Positions 57,359 through 64,000 of a stretch of 64,000 nucleotides of DNA are shown in pieces; positions within the stretch are counted from its first letter, which is position 1, and the number at the start of each line of letters is the position of its first letter. The stretch is taken from NCBI GenBank assembly GCA_035496515.1, contig DATJEO010000212.1:1701-65700 (forward strand), written 5' to 3'. Below the pieces are notes generated by a model that saw only the letters and a list, made by a program, of their open reading frames with translations, was not told where the DNA came from and searched no databases. This stretch comes from Terracidiphilus sp. (GTDB taxonomy: Bacteria > Acidobacteriota > Terriglobia > Terriglobales > Acidobacteriaceae). Both the position numbers and the translations under genes were made by a program.

Positions 57359-60300
57359 CTACTTCAGACCATAACTGAATGGGATGGTTGTGCCATCGTT
57401 CAGTGTAATCAAGAAGGAGTAGGTCCGATTGGCTCCCGATAGACCCTTGTTGTCGATGTTGAAGATCCATTGTTGAGCAGTTGGATCCCAACGGAATGCA
57501 GCGTCCGGCGTTGTGGAATCGACGGTTTCGTTAACCGTGTTCGTCGTCGTACCATTGAACACCTGGTACAGAACGAACTTCGACACCACCCCGGGATTCC
57601 CAATTGAGACCCCATTGGCATCGCACACCCGGAACTTCGCCGGTGACGTGCTCTTTGCGTTGAACACGCTGGTTCCGTTGACATTGATCGGTTGTAGAAT
57701 CTGATGGCCCGCGTCGCCATAACAAACTCCGCCGCTCAAATAGCTCACGCTAAGTGTTCCAGGATTGTAGTTGATGCTGTAGTTCGCGGAAGTTTGCCCG
57801 GTACAACTAATCGGGAAACTCCCAATCGTCTTACCGTTGGTTGTTGTCGAACAATTCAAAGACCCGCCCAGAACACCGGACAGCTCGCCGTTCACGAATC
57901 CGGCATAGGTTACAGTGAACGAAGGTAGGGCCGCACCGAGAATCATAGATTTGTTGTCTGCAGTGATATTCAGAATCGCCTTGCCGATCTCATCGCTTAC
58001 GGTTCCCGCGGTGTTGTTGTAGTTTCCCGTCGCATCAGTGAACGTCCAGCTATCGGTGTAGCTGTTTGCATTCGTGTGCGCGCTGCCGCTCAAGTCCAGT
58101 CCACCGAGGATCTCGCCCTTCACACCCTTGGCAGATCCCGTGGCCATATGCAACTTGCCGTCATAGGTCACGTTGTAGGGCGTCACGTTCACGACTGCAT
58201 TGGCTTTGCCGATCACGTCGTTCACGGTTCCGCTCGCGCCTTTGTAGTTTCCGGTCGAGTCGGTAAACGTCCATGAATCGCTATAGGTGCTTGCATTGGT
58301 ATGCGTGGTCCCGCTCAGGTCAAGTCCGCTGAGGCTCTCGCCTTTCGCACCCGTCACCGAGCCCACTGCGGTATGCGCATTTCCGTCGTACGTTACGCTG
58401 TACGCCGTCACAGTGACATTTGCATCCGCCTTGCCGATCTGGTCATGCACCGTGCCGCCCGCTGTGTTGTAGTTGGCGTCGCCTGCGAAGCTCCAGGCGT
58501 CGGCAGCGAAATCTCCCGCGTTTGTGTGAGTCGTGCCGCTCAGAGTCAACAACCCGCTCAGATCCTCGTTCTTAACGCCGGTTGCAGTGCCTGCGGCTGT
58601 GTGTGCATTGCCGTCGTAGGTCACGTTATATGGGGTGACGTTTACGATGGCATCTGCCTTGCTGATGACATCGTACGCACTTCCACTTGCGCTGTTGTAG
58701 TTCCCTGTCGAGTCGGTGAAGGTCCACGAATCGGTGTAGTGATTCGCATTTGTGTGAGTAGTTCCCGCCAGGTCCAGCCCACTGAGATTCTCGTTCTTCA
58801 CCCCAACGGCGGTACCGCTTGCGGTATGCGCATTGCCATCGTAGGTGACACTGTACGGAGTCACAGTTATGGTTGCACTGGCCTTACCAATGACATCGTT
58901 AACCGTTCCGCTCGCATTGTTGTAATTCCCTGTTGAGTCGGTGAACGTCCAGCTATCGTTGTAGGAGTTCGCATTTGTGTGTGTGGTTCCGCTCAGGTCG
59001 AGGCTAAAGCTCTCTCCCTTTACACCAGTCGCTGTACCAGTTGCGGTGTGCGGGTTTCCGTCATAGGTGACACTGTAGGGATTGACCGTGATAATGGCAT
59101 CCGCCTTGCTGATGCGATCGTGCACGGTGCCGCTGCCCGGGTTGTAGTTGTTGTTCCCAGCAAAGCTCCAGGCGTCAGTCGGAAAATCACCAGCATCAGT
59201 GTGCGTTGTTCCTGTCAGCGTCAGCAGACTGGCAAGATCCTCACCCTTCACACCCGTAGCCGTGCCTGGTGCGATGTGCGCATTGCCATCATAGGTAACG
59301 GTGTAAGGAGTGATGCTGAGATTTGCATTAGCCTTGTTGATGACATCGGTGATGATGGTAGCCGGAATGTCGTTGTAATTGGCGGTGCCTGTGAATGCCC
59401 ATGTATCGGCGGAGTACGTTCCGGCGTTGGTGTGCGTGGTGTTGCTCACGTCCACGCTGCCTACTGTGCCTCCTGTCTCCCCGTTCACACCGGTAATCGA
59501 TTTTGCAACTGCGCTGTGCGGATCCCCGTCATATGTCAGCGCGTAGGGCGTAACGACTACGCTTGCCGTGGCCTTCGCAATTGTGTCAGTAATCGTTGTT
59601 GCACCGATATCGTTATAGTTGGCTGTTCCGGTAAAGGTCCAGGTGTCGCTGTTGTACGTGCCGGCGCCGACATGTGCAGTGTGGCTGAGATCGACAGTGC
59701 CGACTGTAGCGCCTGTCTCGCCGTTCACGCCGCTGATCGTCACGGCCGCCGTGTGGGATTGTCCGTCGTAAGTAAGCGAGTAAGGTGTAACAACAATCGC
59801 CGCATTCGCCTTGTTGATGGTGTCAGTGATAGTCGTAGCGCTGATGTCGCTGTAATTCACCGAGCCGGCAAAACTCCAATAATCGGTCGAATAGGTGCTC
59901 GCGCCCGAATGCGTCGTATGGCTCACGTCCACGGTGCCTACCGTATTGCCGCTCTCACCGTTGACGCCGCTGATTGTAGTCACCGATGCTGTGTGTGCCT
60001 GGCCATCGTAGGTCACGCTATAGGGAGTAACTACGATCGTCGCACTCGCCTTGCTGATGTCGTTGTTGACTGTTCCGCTGGCGTCTGCATAGTTTCCGCT
60101 CGGATCATGGAAGCTCCATGAGTCATTCGCATAAGTTCCAGCATTGGTATGGGTCGTGCCGCTCAGGTTGAATCCAGAGCTCAAATCTACATTCCCCAAG
60201 CCCTTTGCCGTCCCAACCGCAGTGTGGGCGATCCCATCGTACGTCACGCTGTATGGGGTGACTGAGAGCGTGGCGGTTGCCTTCGTTATATCCGCGCTCG

Positions 60301-62545
60301 CTGTGGCGGGCTTCGAGCTTACGCTGGTACCCGCCGCGCCCAGAGTGTAGTTCCCGACTGCATCGCCGCTGATTGACAACGTTGCCGATACCGTTATGCC
60401 ACTGCCGGCATTCGCGTTTGCGAAGCTGCCGTTCGTCGCTGTGCAAGCGACCTTGCTCGAGTCCGCGGGTAGCACGCCACTCAGAGAGCAGCTCATATTT
60501 GCATTGGGTTCCGTTGCATTCCCATCGTAGGTTTTGTTGCCTGCTGTCAGGGCCGCAATGAGTGGTGCAGTATTCACAATTAGAGTGCCGGAGTTGTCGT
60601 TACTTCCGCTGAAGTTCCCCGTTGGCGAATAAGTTGCCGTCAGGCTGTAAGCGACAGTGCTGGCCGATGGGTAAATGATCGTGCATGTTGAAGCCGAAGT
60701 CGTCGAGGTTGCAGCGGCAAGAGATGTACACGTTGCAGAACCGCCGTTGCTCACAGTCATCGCTACACTGCCCGTGGGAGATCCCGATCCTGACGTGTTC
60801 GTCACCGTCACGGTAGATGTGGCTGTTTGGCCATAGGTGACTATCGCTGAGCTCTCCTTTGTCTGCGTCGTAGAACTCACGAAACTGACGGTCAGGCTGC
60901 CGTCCTTGTTTCCAAACGGACCGACCGAGCAGGTAGTCGAACCAGAGGCGCAGCCCACCTTAGTCCACTGCTGTGGTGCGCCGCTCCAGTTGGCGCCGGG
61001 CATCGCGGTGAATGTGATGGTGATGCCGTTCGCAGGCGAAAAGGAGCAACCACTGCCTGAGGCTGTTGTGCCATTCCATGTGCAAGTGCTCGAGTCCAGG
61101 CTGTTCGATACGATGCCCGGATTGCTTCCACTGAAGAGGAGCGACATGTTGATCGTCGAGGCATCCGTAAAGATTGTCTGTGCCTGGAAGCCCGAACTGC
61201 CGCCCACCGCCGTAAGGTGATATCGGGCGCCGAGATCGGACGGGGTTGGCGCATAGTCCGAGAGGGCGAAACTTCCCTTTCCATCCGCCGTCACTGTGTA
61301 GTCAGGTGGATCCACCAGCATCTGGTTCACCCACTCGCGCAGGTACAATTTCACGGTCTCGCCGGGCTGGAACCCGAGTCCAGTCATCACAACGGGAGTG
61401 CCGGGCGCGTAGTCTGGCTGGTCCGTCGAAATGGTCGGGAACCAATAAACCTCGGCTGCGCCAGCGGAAGATCCTGTCCCGCCTGCCGCAAGCAATGTGC
61501 CAATTGTCACAGGAGAGACGAATCCGCCAGAGTGATCCACGCCTGACGCTGCTCCTGAAATGAAAGCTCCCGCAATGTTGTTACCCCACGGCTGAAGCAG
61601 ATCGACTGCGGTTCCCCCGGTGCCACCCATGGCCAGAATGCTTCCATTCTTCGGCAGAAGAGCCGCGATATGGCCACTTCTTGGAGTTGCCCCATTCACG
61701 AGGCGGAACGCATTTGTCCACTGGCTGAATATCTCTGCTGAGCCAAGGTCTACAGTGCCGTTTGTGCCGCCAATGATAGCTACGCCATCGTAGGTCGTCG
61801 TCGCGCTTGCATTTGTGCGCGGATATGTCATGTTCGGGCCAGCAGCAACTGCGCCCTCCATGGTATCCGGGCTGTAGGTGAACACTTCCGTGGAACTGAG
61901 CACGGCACCATTGATGTCCATGCCTCCCGCGACTAACACCCGACCATCGGGAGTAGAAGCAGCAGCAGCATTGGTTCGAGGAGTCATCAGCGTGCCGATC
62001 GGCATGACAGACCCATCCGCAGTCTTGAACAGCAACAAATTGCCGACGGGACCGGTCGTGCTTTCGCCTCCGACAATCAGCACGTTGCCATCGGACAATA
62101 TCGCCATCGCATGTTTTGCGAGACCCGCACCAAGCGACGCCTGCAGAACCGTCCACGTGCCGTTCTGCGAGTCGAAGATCTCAGCTGTGTCGCTATATCC
62201 TCCTCCCGTCGTCAGACCGCCCGTGACCAGCACATCCCCAGTATTCAGGACAATTGCCGCGTGATTCGCACGGGCTACGCTCATCTGGGATGCAACAGAG
62301 AATCCACCTGTAGCAGGATCGAAAATCTCGGTGGAGGCTTGCGGCACGCCGTTGCCGTCACTGCCACCTGTGATCAAAACCCTCCCCCCCGGAAGGAGCA
62401 CCGCAGCCGCTCCGGTCCGTGTTTGCGCCATGGGGCCCACCGAGGACCATGTGTTCGAAGTTTGTGAGTGTCCGCTCTCAGTTGGAAGCAGGAAGGAGAG
62501 GAACAGGAGAGACACAACAGCCAGGAACTTTCGAAACGTGCGCAT
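57359..62545 (-). CDS. Large secreted surface protein: Kelch propeller, Ig-like, YDG/MBG-like repeats, C-terminal PxKF-like domain
   Basis: Signal peptide; Kelch units (GRVLITGG, STEIFDP); TD.PDYAPG; NKTYDG; 10 tandem repeats; ITADNKS...LPSFTVTYAGFVNG; SPAKFRVCDANG. Confidence 0.88.
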   Translation of the reverse strand: MRTFRKFLAVVSLLFLSFLLPTESGHSQTSNTWSSVGPMAQTRTGAAAVLLPGGRVLITGGSDGNGVPQASTEIFDPATGGFSVASQMSVARANHAAIVLNTGDVLVTGGLTTGGGYSDTAEIFDSQNGTWTVLQASLGAGLAKHAMAILSDGNVLIVGGESTTGPVGNLLLFKTADGSVMPIGTLMTPRTNAAAASTPDGRVLVAGGMDINGAVLSSTEVFTYSPDTMEGAVAAGPNMTYPRTNASATTTYDGVAIIGGTNGTVDLGSAEIFSQWTNAFRLVNGATPRSGHIAALLPKNGSILAMGGTGGTAVDLLQPWGNNIAGAFISGAASGVDHSGGFVSPVTIGTLLAAGGTGSSAGAAEVYWFPTISTDQPDYAPGTPVVMTGLGFQPGETVKLYLREWVNQMLVDPPDYTVTADGKGSFALSDYAPTPSDLGARYHLTAVGGSSGFQAQTIFTDASTINMSLLFSGSNPGIVSNSLDSSTCTWNGTTASGSGCSFSPANGITITFTAMPGANWSGAPQQWTKVGCASGSTTCSVGPFGNKDGSLTVSFVSSTTQTKESSAIVTYGQTATSTVTVTNTSGSGSPTGSVAMTVSNGGSATCTSLAAATSTTSASTCTIIYPSASTVAYSLTATYSPTGNFSGSNDNSGTLIVNTAPLIAALTAGNKTYDGNATEPNANMSCSLSGVLPADSSKVACTATNGSFANANAGSGITVSATLSISGDAVGNYTLGAAGTSVSSKPATASADITKATATLSVTPYSVTYDGIAHTAVGTAKGLGNVDLSSGFNLSGTTHTNAGTYANDSWSFHDPSGNYADASGTVNNDISKASATIVVTPYSVTYDGQAHTASVTTISGVNGESGNTVGTVDVSHTTHSGASTYSTDYWSFAGSVNYSDISATTITDTINKANAAIVVTPYSLTYDGQSHTAAVTISGVNGETGATVGTVDLSHTAHVGAGTYNSDTWTFTGTANYNDIGATTITDTIAKATASVVVTPYALTYDGDPHSAVAKSITGVNGETGGTVGSVDVSNTTHTNAGTYSADTWAFTGTANYNDIPATIITDVINKANANLSITPYTVTYDGNAHIAPGTATGVKGEDLASLLTLTGTTHTDAGDFPTDAWSFAGNNNYNPGSGTVHDRISKADAIITVNPYSVTYDGNPHTATGTATGVKGESFSLDLSGTTHTNANSYNDSWTFTDSTGNYNNASGTVNDVIGKASATITVTPYSVTYDGNAHTASGTAVGVKNENLSGLDLAGTTHTNANHYTDSWTFTDSTGNYNSASGSAYDVISKADAIVNVTPYNVTYDGNAHTAAGTATGVKNEDLSGLLTLSGTTHTNAGDFAADAWSFAGDANYNTAGGTVHDQIGKADANVTVTAYSVTYDGNAHTAVGSVTGAKGESLSGLDLSGTTHTNASTYSDSWTFTDSTGNYKGASGTVNDVIGKANAVVNVTPYNVTYDGKLHMATGSAKGVKGEILGGLDLSGSAHTNANSYTDSWTFTDATGNYNNTAGTVSDEIGKAILNITADNKSMILGAALPSFTVTYAGFVNGELSGVLGGSLNCSTTTNGKTIGSFPISCTGQTSANYSINYNPGTLSVSYLSGGVCYGDAGHQILQPINVNGTSVFNAKSTSPAKFRVCDANGVSIGNPGVVSKFVLYQVFNGTTTNTVNETVDSTTPDAAFRWDPTAQQWIFNIDNKGLSGANRTYSFLITLNDGTTIPFSYGLK
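57983..60283 (-). repeat. Ten tandem ~75-80-aa intragenic repeats
   Basis: Consensus KAxAxxxVTPYxVTYDGxAHTA...SGTTHTNAxxY.DxWxF..GNY...GTVxDxI, counted in the translation. Confidence 0.9.
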
Positions 62546-62959
62546 AGATGGCCATCCGTTCTCGCAGACCGAAGATTGTATGTTTCAAAACGCAGGAATA
62601 CAGTCCTGCCGTTCTGAACTCAGTCCGGGAAGTTTCGAGCAGTCTATGTCGCATGCAGCTAATTACGATGCGTAACAAAACGAAGGCGTCATTACACTCA
62701 TAACGAAATCGGAATTACCAGATAACATCGAGCAGCCACACTCGTAATCGCGCAGATTCCGTCAATGTAAGTACAAGTTGCAGAACTGCAATCACTTTTG
62801 AAGTACCACTTCCGTCACCTCTATTCACGGAGGACGGCACGTTCTTGCTCGCCCCGGCATGGTCGGTTACCGATGAACAGAGGAGTAGAGACGGGTGCTC
62901 GGCACCAAACGCGGCGTCTCAGGCTGAATGCATCCGGCCTCGACTAGCACCTGGGGGAA

Positions 62960-63886
62960 TCAAATGGGTCCGCGACTGCGGCGTACTCGCGCGGCGGCGA
63001 AGAGAAATAAGGCCGCAACAACCAGGCCGCTCCACAGACCAGGGCTGACCAGGAATTGGCCGAAGTTCAAGTGCGCCCAAGCATGCATCGCGTGGTCATT
63101 TCCCGGATAAGCTTCCGCGCCGGGGGCTCCGCCGAAACGGTACTGCATCCAGTGCGGGAAATAGCTCGTGTTGAATGCAATCTTCTCAACAACACCGATG
63201 GCGATCGGCGGTAAAACAGCCCAGAGAAACGCTGCGCGCCGTGCCCATGCGGAAGCCAGAAGCATCCAGCCATAAGCGGGTGCAAACCACAGCCCGTGGA
63301 GAGCCACCATGTGATAGAGCATCATCATCCACATCGTAGACAATGACAAGTTCGTCCACAGCACACTGAGACCAATGCCACTGACCTGCAATATCACTAT
63401 GTTCAGAAGCAACATCACAATATGGGTAGCGATCGTCAGTGCGACCGTGATCAACGGAACAACGATGAGGGGAATCATCATTTTCGAGAGCACCACGGTG
63501 AAGTCGGAGACCGGGAGTGACTTCCAGAATAGGATGCTGCGATCGCGGCGTTCGCCATGCAGGGCCTCAACGCAATAGAAGATCGAGACAAGGAACCCGG
63601 TCCCCATCAGGAACATTGCGGCGAAGCCATACGGCCGCTCGACTGCCTCCTGCAGTTGCATCGGACCGAGCGACTCGGCGGAGCGTATCTTGGCGATGAG
63701 GTGCGTCGAGCCTAGAAGAAATCCCACAAGTATCAGGCCAGCAACGATCAAAGGCACAATGTAGATTGAGCGGTGCTCCCAAAGTTCGCGACGAATGGAC
63801 CAATAGAAAGTGCGCTGAGGGGAGATGGCCGCAAGCGCGGCTGCCTGTGGTTCGAAGTCGGACATCGGTGTCGAAGGCGAGCTCAT
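62960..63886 (-). CDS. ABC-2-type transporter permease
   Basis: IRRELWEHRS, LHGERRDRSILFWKSLPVSD..VVLSK; about 6 TM segments. Confidence 0.88.
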   Translation of the reverse strand: MSSPSTPMSDFEPQAAALAAISPQRTFYWSIRRELWEHRSIYIVPLIVAGLILVGFLLGSTHLIAKIRSAESLGPMQLQEAVERPYGFAAMFLMGTGFLVSIFYCVEALHGERRDRSILFWKSLPVSDFTVVLSKMMIPLIVVPLITVALTIATHIVMLLLNIVILQVSGIGLSVLWTNLSLSTMWMMMLYHMVALHGLWFAPAYGWMLLASAWARRAAFLWAVLPPIAIGVVEKIAFNTSYFPHWMQYRFGGAPGAEAYPGNDHAMHAWAHLNFGQFLVSPGLWSGLVVAALFLFAAARVRRSRGPI

Positions 63887-64000
63887 TGTGCCGCTCCGTG
63901 ATTTTGGGGCTGGTTGGTCATTACGGCTACAAACAAATCGGCAATGCTTGGTGTCCGTGTGTCGCCTAATGAGAGCAGCTTTGTTCGCTCGATGCCATCG
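63883..64000 (-). CDS. ABC transporter ATP-binding protein, 3' end only
   Basis: Manual translation DGIERTKLLSLGDTRTPSIADLFVAVM...*; ATGA overlap with the permease. Function inferred from tail motif and context. Confidence 0.7.
   Translation of the reverse strand, partial: DGIERTKLLSLGDTRTPSIADLFVAVMTNQPQNHGAAQ

Noticed and set aside
57983-60283. Periodic DNA repeats as possible CRISPR or DGR elements
   Set aside because: In-frame ~230-bp protein repeats with synonymous divergence; no spacers, cas genes or reverse transcriptase.
62546-62959. 414-bp leader before the surface protein as possible riboswitch
   Set aside because: No recognisable aptamer consensus by eye; only a short TTGCAG-AA-CTGCAA palindrome. 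An Rfam/Infernal scan would settle it.

Overview
GC-rich (~60%) bacterial chromosomal window, most likely Acidobacteriota (inferred from an 'acido-empty-quinoprotein'/cytochrome c pair and many Tat-exported sugar enzymes). Four blocks: (1) 1-45 kb, carbohydrate degradation and catabolism: partial GH29, GH92, GH78, a GH106 broken by one in-frame stop, GH35, GH2, DUF4038, esterase, two quinoproteins, RhaT, two MFS transporters, SDRs, AldA, HpcH aldolase, a metal-site-degenerate MBL-fold protein, and a doubly truncated tusE-dsrE remnant. (2) 45-56.4 kb, polyhydroxyalkanoate (PHA) cluster (phaR, phasin-like, phaE-like, phaC, phaB, phaA) joined to the glyoxylate shunt (aceA-aceB), a TPR+Fis-HTH protein and an SDR; a GCTGCA-N-TGCAGC palindrome precedes three of these units. 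(3) 56.3-57.1 kb, two divergent small ORFs sharing an unrecognised SxDxGEEFSxxHxxxxCEL motif. (4) 57.4-64 kb, a 1728-aa repeat-rich surface protein and the end of an ABC-2 exporter operon. No rRNA, tRNA, CRISPR array or intact mobile element was recognised. All family calls are from motif recognition by eye, not database searches.
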